Shown in pieces: positions 19,589-29,444 of a stretch of 64,000 nt of DNA. The translations under genes were made by a program, and so were the position numbers. Each line of letters opens with the position of its first letter. Within the stretch, counting starts at the first letter, position 1. A model generated the notes under the pieces. That model saw nothing but the letters and a program-made list of their open reading frames with translations. It was not told the origin of the DNA and ran no database searches. Origin of the DNA: a virus; the IMG/VR virus record IMGVR_UViG_643348564_000003, positions 798 through 64,797 of that record. One strand, 5' to 3'.

Positions 19589-19849
19589 TCAGCGCCGGGG
19601 TCGAAGAGGGGCGCCTTCGAACGTCGGCGCTGTGGCTGCATCGCCCGTGGGCGCCGCGGTGCTTGCGGCCATGCCCGAGGCCTGAACTCCCTCGTTCGGC
19701 ACATCCTCGGCGACGATGTCGCCGCGGCGCTCCAGCAGCGCCCAATGGGGGGTCCAATCGAGGACAAGCCCCTCGGGTGGGAGATCGCGTCCGCGTTCGA
19801 TGTCGGGGATCACCGCGCCCGGTACGGCCGGCTTGATAAGCTTCTTCAT
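19589..19849 (-). CDS. DUF2635 / Mu gp38-like small protein
   Basis: IKPAVPGAVIPD...LPPEG...WALLERRGDIV; immediately before sheath. Confidence 0.8.
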   Translation of the reverse strand: MKKLIKPAVPGAVIPDIERGRDLPPEGLVLDWTPHWALLERRGDIVAEDVPNEGVQASGMAASTAAPTGDAATAPTFEGAPLRPRR

Positions 19850-19852
19850 GGG

Positions 19853-20623
19853 TCAGCCTTGGTCGAGCGGCACGATGATCGAGGTTGAGGGGGGATTCTG
19901 CTCGGGCGGAATCACCGGCTCGCCCTCAACGAGCGGCTGGGGCGCGATCGTCATCCCGACGGTCAACGGGCGCGGCGCAGGCTGACCTGCAACGGGCGGG
20001 TACTTCCCGGCGATCAGCGCGCAGGTCTGGTAGCCCGAGGAGCCGATGGGCATGGCTTCGCAGACGGTGCGCAGCGGATCCGGCAGGGCGCGGAACTCCC
20101 CAGGCCGGGCGTCCCACACCGACGCCGCCTCGTCTCCGATCAGTTCGACGTGTACGGTCAGCAACCGGATCGCGAGCTTCTCGCCGATGTCTTCGGTCGC
20201 GAAGCGCTCGCTCTCATAGCCGGTAACCCGACGGATGACCTTGCGCACGAGGCGGCCGGCGCTCGACCCAGCAAGCCAGAGGATGCGATCCTCCAGCACG
20301 TCGAGGATCGCCTCGGCCTCTCGGTCGGTGACAGGCGTCCCATAGCCCAGGAACTCGCCGGCCTCGTCGAACTCGACCGTACGCAGCGCGATCTCGAAGG
20401 TGAGGCCGGCGCTGTCGTCGAAGGGCGGTCCGCCGTTCTGGGGGTTCCACGCGCGCCCCCTCGAATCCTCGGTGGTCAGGATAACGACGGGATGGGGCTC
20501 GCGCGCGTTGAAGTTGCCGATGCGGCTGTCCCAGATGCAGTCCTGGCAAATCGTCTGGAATACAGGATCCGCGAGCATTCCCTGGTACATCGCGAGGCGG
20601 GCTGCCGTGCGCTTCAGGCTCAT
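19853..20623 (-). CDS. Tail completion/terminator-like protein
   Basis: Position between head-tail joining gene and sheath. Confidence 0.6.
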   Translation of the reverse strand: MSLKRTAARLAMYQGMLADPVFQTICQDCIWDSRIGNFNAREPHPVVILTTEDSRGRAWNPQNGGPPFDDSAGLTFEIALRTVEFDEAGEFLGYGTPVTDREAEAILDVLEDRILWLAGSSAGRLVRKVIRRVTGYESERFATEDIGEKLAIRLLTVHVELIGDEAASVWDARPGEFRALPDPLRTVCEAMPIGSSGYQTCALIAGKYPPVAGQPAPRPLTVGMTIAPQPLVEGEPVIPPEQNPPSTSIIVPLDQG

Positions 20624-21012
20624 CAGGCGGGCCTCAATTGCAAGACGGCGCGGTCGAAGCGGCCGTCGAGGACCTGACCGACAACGAAGCGCTCGCCGGT
20701 CTCCCGGCGCTCGAGGAGGTCACCCTCGCGCACCTCCTTGAGCAGGTTCGCCTTGGCAACCGTCACCCGGGGCATGGCGGAGACCATCGGGCGCGTCATG
20801 TTGAGGGACACGTTCCGGTCCCGCGCCCGGACGTCCTCGGCCGAACCGGAGAACCGGCCGAGGAAATCAAAGGCGAGGCGGGAGGGATCCGGGACGTGGC
20901 GCGCCGAGCGATCCCCAGCAGGCGCCATGCGGGGCGAGAGCCGGAAGCTCTCGCCCCACTGGCGATCGACCGCGGCCGCCACGCGGGCGCGGCGCTGCGC
21001 GGTCCTGGACAT
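20623..21012 (-). CDS. Head-tail joining/head closure protein
   Basis: 129 aa after capsid; VREGDLLERRETGERFVV C-terminal pattern. Confidence 0.65.
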   Translation of the reverse strand: MSRTAQRRARVAAAVDRQWGESFRLSPRMAPAGDRSARHVPDPSRLAFDFLGRFSGSAEDVRARDRNVSLNMTRPMVSAMPRVTVAKANLLKEVREGDLLERRETGERFVVGQVLDGRFDRAVLQLRPA

Positions 21013-21021
21013 GGCCGCCGA

Positions 21022-22047
21022 TCAGTTGTTGGTGCTGACGCCGGAGAGCAGCGCCTCTGGCCGGGTGCAGATGCTGATGGCGTTCATCTGCACCTCCATG
21101 TTCCGACCTTTACCGTTCTCCTTGCGCCACTGGCGCGCGTAGCGCGGCAGTCCGATCGTGTTAACCGTCTCCTCGTAGTCCGCCGGCGCGAAGCGGGTGA
21201 TGAAGAGGTCCTGGACGCCGACCGGGATGAAGCGCACCTCCTCCGACCCGAAGAACGGGCCGTTGGCCGAGGCGGTGGCCTGCGTTCCGGTCCGGTAGCG
21301 CTCGAAGGTGATGCCGCCGAACTCGAAGCGGAAGACGTGCGCGTTGCCGCGCAGCTCGGCTGCCTGGATCGTGTTAAGGTAAGTCTCACGCACCGTCTTG
21401 TGGGCGAGCAGCTTCTTCCAGAACCCGTTGCCGCAGAAGGCGTGCAGCCCCGACATCATCATGCCGTCGAGCGCCGCTTCGACCTGATCAATTACGTCGA
21501 AGCAGACCATGCGGACGTCGGTGGTGGCGATGTCGAGGTGGAACTCGATCGGGTCGGGACGCGTCAGCCCATACATCTGGTACAGGTCGAACATCGTGTT
21601 CCCGTACTTGTCGGTGATGAGTCCCTTGAGGCAACCGACCCGCTGGTGCTCGAGCGTGACGTCGAGAGCGCGCGTGTGCTTGCCCATCTTGCTCTCGACG
21701 AGACGCTCGACGGTCTCGACCTGAGAAGCCTGCCCCTCGGCACCGAACGCGCGGACGCCCTGCACCTCGTCCGCCATCACGCTGTCGTCGCGCTGATAGT
21801 GCGGCACCGGGAAGGCGCGCACCTTGCGCTTCTCATTATCTGTCGTTTCGCCGACTCCGCCACGCGGCGTCGGTGCGACAAGGGCGAGGGTGCCGTTCAT
21901 CTCCTCGACCATGACGGTCGTGGTGGTGACGCCCTCTTCCTGGAAGATGCCCGTCGCGCCGATCTGGCCGGGCACGAAGGGCTGCTTGTTCACCTTGGCG
22001 GTCATCGAAACGACCGAGAAGGCGTCATTCTCGAAGATGTTCAACAT
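21022..22047 (-). CDS. Major capsid protein, lambda gpE family
   Basis: PTPRGG, VPHYQRDDSVMADEVQGVRAFG and SICTRPEAL motifs. Confidence 0.92.
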   Translation of the reverse strand: MLNIFENDAFSVVSMTAKVNKQPFVPGQIGATGIFQEEGVTTTTVMVEEMNGTLALVAPTPRGGVGETTDNEKRKVRAFPVPHYQRDDSVMADEVQGVRAFGAEGQASQVETVERLVESKMGKHTRALDVTLEHQRVGCLKGLITDKYGNTMFDLYQMYGLTRPDPIEFHLDIATTDVRMVCFDVIDQVEAALDGMMMSGLHAFCGNGFWKKLLAHKTVRETYLNTIQAAELRGNAHVFRFEFGGITFERYRTGTQATASANGPFFGSEEVRFIPVGVQDLFITRFAPADYEETVNTIGLPRYARQWRKENGKGRNMEVQMNAISICTRPEALLSGVSTNN

Positions 22048-22069
22048 GGACGGGGGTCCTCTGAAACGC

Positions 22070-22092
22070 AGAAGGCCGCCCGTCAGGCGGCC
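22070..22092 (-). terminator. Terminator-like hairpin between decoration and capsid genes
   Basis: GGCCGCC-TGACG-GGCGGCC followed by TTCTGCGTTTC on minus strand. Confidence 0.4.
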
Positions 22093-22123
22093 GGATAGAG
22101 GGGACTGGCGAGCGGGATGCGCG

Positions 22124-22771
22124 TCAGCGGACGATGATGCCGAGGGCTTTTAGCTCGGCGACCTTGGCGGCCACCTCGCCCGGCTGATCGACCGAAGCGT
22201 GGTAGACGAGGCGGGCGCCGTAGACCTCGGCGTCGCGCGCAATGGCGGCCGCCAGGACATCGACGGAGGTGGCATCCACGCGGTGGTAGAGGACCGCCGC
22301 GGCCTGGGCGCTGCCGTTCACGGCCGCGAGATCGGTGGGCACGTACTTGCCCGATCCGGCCGCGATCGTGATGTCAAAACCATCACCGCTGGCGAACGGG
22401 GTCCCGCCCGCCGTGATGGTGAAGCCGAGCGGCCCCGCGAAAGCGACACCCGTGCTGCCCTGCCCGACCTCCTCGCCATCAGGGTCGACGACGACGAACT
22501 TCGTCGCCGCCGTGAACTCGACCCGGTAGACGCCCGGCTGGACGTTGGTGCCGGTGGTCACGGCCGAGATGGTGCCGTTGCCGGCATTCCCCGCCTTCGC
22601 CGCAGCCGTTGCGGCACCCGAGGTGATCCGTCCCAGCACGGTGCCAGGCATCAGGACGCCAGAGCCGGACGCGACGGTAATGTTCTCGCGCGAGCGGTAG
22701 CCTTCGGCCTCGGACTTGAGGAATTCGGCGGTGTGCCGACCCTCGGTGAACGTCGGATAGGTGGGGAACAT
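22124..22771 (-). CDS. Head decoration protein (lambda gpD-like)
   Basis: YRSRENITVASG...GTVLGRI; DGFDITIA; IARDAEV. Confidence 0.88.
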   Translation of the reverse strand: MFPTYPTFTEGRHTAEFLKSEAEGYRSRENITVASGSGVLMPGTVLGRITSGAATAAAKAGNAGNGTISAVTTGTNVQPGVYRVEFTAATKFVVVDPDGEEVGQGSTGVAFAGPLGFTITAGGTPFASGDGFDITIAAGSGKYVPTDLAAVNGSAQAAAVLYHRVDATSVDVLAAAIARDAEVYGARLVYHASVDQPGEVAAKVAELKALGIIVR

Positions 22772-22821
22772 CGCTGGACCTCAAGATCAGGGGTGGCGGG
22801 CAGCAGGCGCGCGGAAGCGAT

Positions 22822-23217
22822 TCAGACGTCCTTCGGACGGCGGGCGGCGTAGATCGCATCGGTGTCGATCACGGCCTTCTTCGGCTCGGGCGAGGTGGTG
22901 GCCTCGGGGTCGAGCACCAGCGGCTCGCGGGCGGACATCCGATCGGCGAGGCTGCCGCTCTTGGTGAGGCCGGCGAGCGCGCCCTTCGCGGCGTCGGGCG
23001 TCATGTCGGTGGTGAGCGCGAGGTGGCGGGCACTCGCCTCGCGGCCCTTCGCCTCGTCGCAGCCAAGGATCGCCGAGATGCGCTCGCGTTCGGCGGTGGC
23101 GCCGGCCCTGGTGCCTTCGGCGAGGCCTGCGGCGTGACCTTCGGTTCGCGCCTTGTCGAGGTCGGCCTGGGTGAAGCCCGAAGCGGTGGCGCCGGGCACG
23201 GTCTTGTCGTCGCTCAT
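22822..23217 (-). CDS. Putative in-frame scaffolding protein (Nu3-like)
   Basis: Internal ATG preceded by GGAG; MSDDK...ERERISAIL scaffold-like helix; analogy to lambda C/Nu3. Confidence 0.5.
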   Translation of the reverse strand: MSDDKTVPGATASGFTQADLDKARTEGHAAGLAEGTRAGATAERERISAILGCDEAKGREASARHLALTTDMTPDAAKGALAGLTKSGSLADRMSAREPLVLDPEATTSPEPKKAVIDTDAIYAARRPKDV

Positions 23218-24207
23218 GGAAGCTCCATTCGATCGCGACTGGGTGGAGCGCCCGGCGGGCGCGGCGGAGAGATCGGCGAGCACCTCCTCTAAGGTGCCGA
23301 CCGCGTCGACGAGGCCGGCTGCGACCGCCTCCTCGCCCATGAAGCAGCGGGCCTGTGTGCCCCGGATCTTCGTCTCGTCGAGATTGGTGCGCCCCTTGGC
23401 GACCGTCTCGACGAACTTCCCGTAGAAGCCCTCGACCTCGGCCTGCAGGTTGGCGCGGACGTCGTCGGGGAGTGGCTCGTAGGGGTTGGCGTCGACCTTG
23501 TGGTCGCCGGCGAAGATCAGGGTCGGCTTCAGACCCTCCGCCTTCAGCCACTCCGAGAAGTCGAGGTGGCAGAGCACGACTCCGATCGAACCCGAGATCC
23601 CGGTCGGGATGGTCACGATGCGGTTTGCCGCCGAGGCAATGGCGTAGGCGGCCGAGGCCGCCATGCCATTCACCAGCGCCGTGACAGGCTTCTGGGCCGC
23701 GACCTGGCGCACGACCTCGGCCGCCTCGAAGGCGCCGACCGCCTCCCCGCCCGGGCTCTCCAGGTCGAGCAGGATGCTCTTCGTCCGCAGGTCCGCCGCG
23801 GCCATCCGCATCTGGTAGGCGAACCCCTCGTAGGAGATCAGGCCCGACGAGGCGCCGACCCAGGCGCCGCGATTCACGAGCTCGCCGACCATGGTGATGA
23901 TCGCGACGCCGTCGGCTGTGCGCCGGAACGGCAGAGGCCGGCGGGTGCCGTCCTCTGCCATCGGGTACTCGCCGTAGAAGCGGCTCGCCCGCGGCGTGTG
24001 GGCCTCGATCGAGCCGTCCGCCCGCTCCTGGCTGCGGAAGAGCTGCACGCTCTCGCCGGCATCGTGCTCGACGCCGCCCACGTTGCCGAGGGCGGCCGGG
24101 CCAGCGGCCATGCGCGAGAGCAGGAAGACCGAGATCGTCTCGGCCGCGGAGGGCGCGAGCAGGAGCGCCCGGTTGTAGAACCGGCCGGCGACGCGATGGT
24201 ACTGCAT
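22822..24207 (-). CDS. Capsid maturation protease, S49 family (lambda gpC-like)
   Basis: LDLESPGGEA, GMAASAAYAIAS and GSIGV motifs. Confidence 0.92.
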   Translation of the reverse strand: MQYHRVAGRFYNRALLLAPSAAETISVFLLSRMAAGPAALGNVGGVEHDAGESVQLFRSQERADGSIEAHTPRASRFYGEYPMAEDGTRRPLPFRRTADGVAIITMVGELVNRGAWVGASSGLISYEGFAYQMRMAAADLRTKSILLDLESPGGEAVGAFEAAEVVRQVAAQKPVTALVNGMAASAAYAIASAANRIVTIPTGISGSIGVVLCHLDFSEWLKAEGLKPTLIFAGDHKVDANPYEPLPDDVRANLQAEVEGFYGKFVETVAKGRTNLDETKIRGTQARCFMGEEAVAAGLVDAVGTLEEVLADLSAAPAGRSTQSRSNGASMSDDKTVPGATASGFTQADLDKARTEGHAAGLAEGTRAGATAERERISAILGCDEAKGREASARHLALTTDMTPDAAKGALAGLTKSGSLADRMSAREPLVLDPEATTSPEPKKAVIDTDAIYAARRPKDV

Positions 24208-24228
24208 GGGGCCTCTCGGTCGGGCCGA

Positions 24229-24474
24229 TCAGCCCGCGGTGAACGCGAACCGCCGGGGCTTGCCCAGCGACCTCGCGGCGCACTGCGCCTCCGCATCCGC
24301 GAGTTCGGTGCGCAGAAGGTCGATCTTGGGAGCGGTGAACCAGACGTCCTCGTCGACGTCGCCGTTGCGGAAGCGGATGCGCTGCTCGTGCTGACCGCTG
24401 AGGAGGCCAAAGTAGGCCGTGCGCAGCGCGGTCGCGCGGGCGCACGGATCGGTCCAGTCGACCGCGTCGGCCAT
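24229..24474 (-). CDS. Head-tail joining protein, gpW-like
   Basis: Small gene between portal and protease; LRTAYFGLLSG...LRTELADAE. Confidence 0.75.
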   Translation of the reverse strand: MADAVDWTDPCARATALRTAYFGLLSGQHEQRIRFRNGDVDEDVWFTAPKIDLLRTELADAEAQCAARSLGKPRRFAFTAG

Positions 24475-24476
24475 GC

Positions 24477-26096
24477 TCAATCGTCCTTTTGCGTGACGAG
24501 CTTGTCGGAGACGGTGTCGGGCACGGTACCGGCGCCATTCTCGGGCAGGCCGTACTCCTCCCGCATGTCTCGCTCGCGGGCGCGCTGCCGGTAGACGTCC
24601 TCGATGTCGACGCCGAGGTCGTTGGCGATCATCTCGTCGGTCATAACGCCCATGTTGCGGTAGGTCTCATGGGCCTTGGCGGTCTTGAGATCGTCGGCCT
24701 GGGGCTTCGGCGAGCCACGCCACTCAGCGCGGCAGGCGGCGGTGCGGTTGGCCATGAAGCCGTCGATCCCACCTGGGAACGGGATCGCGCCGCTCTCGAT
24801 CTCCTCCTCGAGCCAGCCCTCGTAATGGGGCTGGCAGAAGGGCGCGACGATGTTCCGGCGGCGGTAGAGAGTGATCTGGAAGATCTCACCCGTCGCCATT
24901 CTGACCGACGAGTAGGTCGCGTTCGTGTAGTCGCCGGTCCCGCTCTCGTAGGTCAGGCCAAGGCAGCGGAGGAGTTCGCGAAGCAGAAACAGCGCTTGGT
25001 CCTTGTAGTCGGACGCGGATCCTTGCGCTGAATGGAACGTGAGCTCTTGGCCGGGAAAGAGGTGCGCGAAGCGACCCTTCTCCCCAAGGTCGATCGTCGT
25101 GCCCTTGTACCAGCCATCCTGCATCGACGCCCAGCAATCGAAGGCCGTCAGGCCTTCGCTGTGCATCCGCGCCTGTTCCTGGGGGGTGAGGAGCCCTTTG
25201 AGCACCTCCTCGGTCGGCTCGTTCGACTTCACGGTCGCCGCGAAGACTGCGCGGATCAGCGCGGCGGTCAGCGTTGCGTCCGCGAGCTGGTCGAACTGGC
25301 GAGCGACCTGGAGCGCCGGCACCAGGGGCGAGATACCCCGGTACTGACCCGCGACGCCGTCGAAGACATGACCGATGCGCACCCGCCCGCCGGCCTCGCG
25401 CGCCCTGACCTCGATCTCGACGTCGGAGAGGCCCTGGCGGCGCCAGAAGATGTAGGATTGGGGCGCCCAGTCCTGATCCATGCGCACGCCTTGGACGAGG
25501 CGAGGGTACTCCGACCGCTGTGATAGGCGGTGGGGCGGAATGAGCCGCACCTTGGTGCCGTACTGTCCTCCAGGTCGGGTCTTCCACGCTGTTTCGGAGA
25601 CGATCTCACCGGGCGCGAACCAGCCGCGGAACGCGGCCGCCTGCAACTGCCCGAAGCTGCGACGGCACTCGATATCGCACTCGTAGGGGTTCCGTGCCCA
25701 TAGTTCGAAGCGCTGCTCGATCAGCCGACCAAGCTTGCTGGCCTCGCCCTCGGTGAGACCGAGGGCGACGGCGTCGGGCAGCGCCGAGAGGCGCAGGCCG
25801 GTGCCGACGGTGTTGGCCACTGCCTGGTCAACGGCGCCAGCGACCCACCCGCTGTTGTGGATGATGTCGTTGGCGCGGCCCGCTGCCCGCCACCACGCCT
25901 GCTGGACCTCATCGGAGGCGTCGCGCACTGGCGGGTTCCAGCCGCGAAACAAGGGTCCATGGCCGCCTCGCATGTAGCCGGACGCCCACGACGGTACGGA
26001 TGCTCGCGGCTGTGGCCGGCTGCCGGAGACGGCCGGCACGCCGCTCGGCATCGAGCCCTGCCGGATCCGAGGCACAACCGACACCATCCGCATCAC
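24477..26096 (-). CDS. Portal protein, lambda gpB family
   Basis: RANDIIHNSGWVAGAV, QYRGISPL and DYTNATYSSVR motifs. Confidence 0.93.
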   Translation of the reverse strand: MMRMVSVVPRIRQGSMPSGVPAVSGSRPQPRASVPSWASGYMRGGHGPLFRGWNPPVRDASDEVQQAWWRAAGRANDIIHNSGWVAGAVDQAVANTVGTGLRLSALPDAVALGLTEGEASKLGRLIEQRFELWARNPYECDIECRRSFGQLQAAAFRGWFAPGEIVSETAWKTRPGGQYGTKVRLIPPHRLSQRSEYPRLVQGVRMDQDWAPQSYIFWRRQGLSDVEIEVRAREAGGRVRIGHVFDGVAGQYRGISPLVPALQVARQFDQLADATLTAALIRAVFAATVKSNEPTEEVLKGLLTPQEQARMHSEGLTAFDCWASMQDGWYKGTTIDLGEKGRFAHLFPGQELTFHSAQGSASDYKDQALFLLRELLRCLGLTYESGTGDYTNATYSSVRMATGEIFQITLYRRRNIVAPFCQPHYEGWLEEEIESGAIPFPGGIDGFMANRTAACRAEWRGSPKPQADDLKTAKAHETYRNMGVMTDEMIANDLGVDIEDVYRQRARERDMREEYGLPENGAGTVPDTVSDKLVTQKDD

Positions 26097-28165
26097 CTGC
26101 CGTTGAGGCGCGCCGCGCGGGCTGCCATGCGAGCCGCGAGCGTCTCGCGGAGGGACTTCTGGGCCACCACGGCCTGGGGCGGTCCGGCGGGCGCTGGAAC
26201 CTCCGGAACCGGCTTCGGGGGCTCCTCGAAGGGCACCTGTGGTGCGCTCCCCGCCGCCGGCAGCGGCGGGGGCGCAGTGTCGTCCCAGTCCCGCATGACG
26301 CCTTCCGGGATGCGCTGCACGTTCAGCAGGTAGCCGGCCGCAGCCGCGAGTGCCTCGCAGTCGAGGAAGTGGTTCTCGGCCGAGATCGGCGTCCAGACTG
26401 GCTTGCCGGCGACGATCTCCCGGACCTCCGAGACGAGCTGCTGACAGTACCGGGCCGGCACGTCGGAGGGCACGTGGAGCGAGCCCGGCCGGCCGATCGG
26501 CGTCAGGAGCCGCGAGGTGACGAGGCTCTTGAAGAAGTCCGAGTCGAGGGTCGCCAGGTCCACGCTGAAGCGCGCCGCCCTGCCCTTTGCGTCGACCTCA
26601 TGCTTCTTCACCGTCAGCGGCTGCGTCCGGGTCGCCCTGCCCTTCGTCGGGCTGACCAGCCAGTCGTAGCGCCGGCAGAACTCGTAGACCTTGTGGACGT
26701 CGCCGGCGTCGGGCTTGTCAGGCCTGAAGCCGGAATCGATCAGCGCCTTCTCGATGTGGAGGCCCCCGTAGGCACTCGTGAGTGCGTCCGCGAGGTCGTC
26801 CCAGATCTCCTCGCCATCGGTCGGGCCAAGCAGCTCCTCGGCCTCAATCAGCCAGGAGGCGCCGCGGGCGCCGAAGCCGCGCACCACGTAGTAGATCGAG
26901 CGCCTCTGGACGTCGATGCCGGCGACGAGGCGCATCACCTCACGCGGCACCTCGCCCAGCCGGTAGGGCACGATCTTCGCCCGCACCGATTCCGCCTTCG
27001 GCGCGTTCATCGGCGCTTCGGCGTAGACCTCGCCAGCCTTGTTGACAGAGCCCTGGATCGCCTCGTGGTCGCTGGTCAGGCGGGCGAGCATCAACTCCTC
27101 GACCCGCTCGCCCCAAGTCACGAAGGGCGAGGCGAGGCCCGAGACCCACAGCGACAGGACCGTGGAATCGGGAGCCTCACCCTCGACCGCACCGTCCGGC
27201 CGGATTGTCTGCCCGGGCGCGACGAACACGCCACGCGCATTCATCTCGGGCTTCAACTCCTCGGTGATGACGCAGCCGTGCACCGGGCAGCAGAGGAACG
27301 TCTCGCGGCGCGCTTGCGCGGGCGTCGCGTCCTTGGGGGCCTTCAGGTCCTTGAGCCGCGGGATGAACCATTCCGAGCAGGACGGGCAGCGCCACGCCCA
27401 ATGGTGGCGGGTGCCGCTCTGCCACTTCACCCAGATCGGGCTGTCGAGGACGGAGGGGTCCGCCACCTTCCAGAATTCGAGGCCCGAGCGCTCGCAGCGC
27501 TCGGTCTCGACCCGACCACGCTTCGGGGTCGAGGTGACCGCAATCTTGCGGTCCGCATAGGTGTCCGCGCGCGCCTTGGCGAGGGTGAAGGGATCTCCCT
27601 CGCCCCGCACGCCGCGGAGCATCTTGTCGTACTCGTCGATGTAGACGTCGCCGGCCTGATCCGAGGCCAGCGAGGTCGCCGAGCCGGCCCAGGCCAGGCG
27701 CACCGACACGCCGTTGACCGTCTTCCGGGTCTTCTTGTTCCGCTTGCCGCGAGCGACGAGGCCAGCGAGCCGCTCGGCCTCGTCGAACAGCTTCATGAGC
27801 CGGGGCTCGAACTGCTCGGAGACGAAATCCTTCGAGGGGCCCACGTAGAGCTGCGGGCGCGGCCGAGTGTCGAGCCGCCAGCCGATGACGTCGAGGATCC
27901 CGTCCGTTTTGCTCGACTGAGTGCCCGTGATGAGCGCGCAGACCTCGTAGCGCGGATCCTCGAAGAACCGCTCGAACGGGATGATGTAAGGGGTTAGCCC
28001 AGGGTCACGAGAACCGGGTACGCCGGCGCTGAGGGGATACACGCGGTTTGCGCGTGCCCACGCGTCGGGGCTTGTCTGCGGCCTTGGCTCCCACAGCTTC
28101 GCCAGCCGGGCCAGCGCCGCCGGCCGTGTCTGCAGCTCGCTTCGCAGCCGCTCCGAAAGCGTCAT
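26093..28165 (-). CDS. Terminase large subunit, lambda gpA family
   Basis: GTQSSKT Walker A; DEYD Walker B; VTSTPK; AGIDVQ nuclease motif; NHFLDCE. Confidence 0.95.
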   Translation of the reverse strand: MTLSERLRSELQTRPAALARLAKLWEPRPQTSPDAWARANRVYPLSAGVPGSRDPGLTPYIIPFERFFEDPRYEVCALITGTQSSKTDGILDVIGWRLDTRPRPQLYVGPSKDFVSEQFEPRLMKLFDEAERLAGLVARGKRNKKTRKTVNGVSVRLAWAGSATSLASDQAGDVYIDEYDKMLRGVRGEGDPFTLAKARADTYADRKIAVTSTPKRGRVETERCERSGLEFWKVADPSVLDSPIWVKWQSGTRHHWAWRCPSCSEWFIPRLKDLKAPKDATPAQARRETFLCCPVHGCVITEELKPEMNARGVFVAPGQTIRPDGAVEGEAPDSTVLSLWVSGLASPFVTWGERVEELMLARLTSDHEAIQGSVNKAGEVYAEAPMNAPKAESVRAKIVPYRLGEVPREVMRLVAGIDVQRRSIYYVVRGFGARGASWLIEAEELLGPTDGEEIWDDLADALTSAYGGLHIEKALIDSGFRPDKPDAGDVHKVYEFCRRYDWLVSPTKGRATRTQPLTVKKHEVDAKGRAARFSVDLATLDSDFFKSLVTSRLLTPIGRPGSLHVPSDVPARYCQQLVSEVREIVAGKPVWTPISAENHFLDCEALAAAAGYLLNVQRIPEGVMRDWDDTAPPPLPAAGSAPQVPFEEPPKPVPEVPAPAGPPQAVVAQKSLRETLAARMAARAARLNGR

Positions 28166-28610
28166 CGATGTGCGTCTCGATCTGCCGGCGAAGCGCGAGG
28201 TCCTTCGTCACCCGCGCGGGGATGCTCATGAGGTCCGCCCGGAGTGGCCCGGCGAATTCGTCCACGATGGCGAGCGCCTCGGCTCGCGCCTCGTTGATGA
28301 GCGCGCCGGAGCGCTCCTCGAGGCGCATGTCGATCTCCTCGGCCCGCTTGTCCTTCAACCGGCTCTCGCCGGCCGACTTCGTGGCCCGCCGCTGCTCGTC
28401 CTGCAGGTACCGCAGTCGCGCCACCAGGGCCTCGCGCAGTCGGTACCGGCCCTTGCCGTATCGCTTGATCACGCTGGCGCGGGCGAGCTTCAGGATCGTC
28501 TCGTCGGAGCAGTCCGCCCAGAGGCAGAGGGTCGTGAGCCCGACCTCGAAATCCATCCGCCCGTCATCGCCGACGACGGGGGTGAAGGGCTGCTCGGGGG
28601 TATCGGCCAT
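28005..28610 (-). CDS. Terminase small subunit (Nu1-like)
   Basis: N-terminal wHTH-like region (GKGRYRLREALVARLRYL), coiled coil; directly upstream of and overlapping TerL. Confidence 0.85.
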   Translation of the reverse strand: MADTPEQPFTPVVGDDGRMDFEVGLTTLCLWADCSDETILKLARASVIKRYGKGRYRLREALVARLRYLQDEQRRATKSAGESRLKDKRAEEIDMRLEERSGALINEARAEALAIVDEFAGPLRADLMSIPARVTKDLALRRQIETHIDDAFGAAAKRAADTAGGAGPAGEAVGAKAADKPRRVGTRKPRVSPQRRRTRFS

Positions 28611-29424
28611 CCACTCCAACCTGAAACTGCGGGAGCGCAGAAACGGGCGGGAGGCGCGCCCTTTTCGGCCGCAACCCCCTCTCTACTTGCTACGGTCCCT
28701 TAAGTTCTTAAAGTCAACCCCTCGACATCGATAAATCGCACTTTTATCTATCTTTTTTCATGAGGCTTGACTTCGATTGACCGACACCATCATGGTCTTG
28801 TCTTCAATCGTCTTGCGTCCAGCCCGGGCCAGTCTGATAACCCTTGCCATATCCTCGACGGCGGTGCGGGTGATGACGCCAGCCTCTCTGCGGGCGGCCT
28901 GCATGTCGCCTTGCAGGACGGCGTGAGCGGCGGCGGTGACAGCCGCCCGCCGCTCGGCACACCGGCATCCCATGCGCGTGATCCCAGCTGATGAAGGCCG
29001 CGAGGGGTGGAGGGATCAGGCTCGCGCGGACGGGGCCTTCGGAAGCCGGGTGGAGAAGCGGCCGGTGAGATTCTCGAATCGGTCATCGCGCGCGGAGTGC
29101 TCGACTGGGATTCGGGGTTTGACACGCTCACCAGCCGGGAGGGTCATCGGCCCGCGTTCGCTCACACGCTGGTTCAGCGGGTTGATCTTCATCAGGGGCA
29201 CCGAGGGGAGAGGAGGCGCACCGGCTGATGTCGCGGGTGATCGCCTCGCTCGCTCGCGCCCCTTGAGGGGGTCGCGATCGAGGCGATCCGGCAGCCGTGC
29301 ATCTCGTCGGGGCTGGAGGGGAGGCGTTGGCGTCTCCGCGCAAGGCGAGCCGTACCTCGGGCGGGACAGAGCCCGATTTCGTGTCGGGCGGCAAGTGCCG
29401 TGCGCTGAAAAACGGGCCAAAACC

Positions 29425-29444
29425 CGTTACAAAATTTTGTAACG
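29425..29444. promoter_or_regulatory. Perfect 20-bp palindrome, candidate protein-binding site near the packaging region
   Basis: CGTTACAAAATTTTGTAACG; half site CCAAAACCCGTTACA recurs at about 29525. Confidence 0.45.

Noticed and set aside
7644-19849. Tailocin, T6SS or eCIS interpretation of the contractile tail genes
   Set aside because: Contiguous with intact capsid, portal, terminase, repressor and integrase genes.
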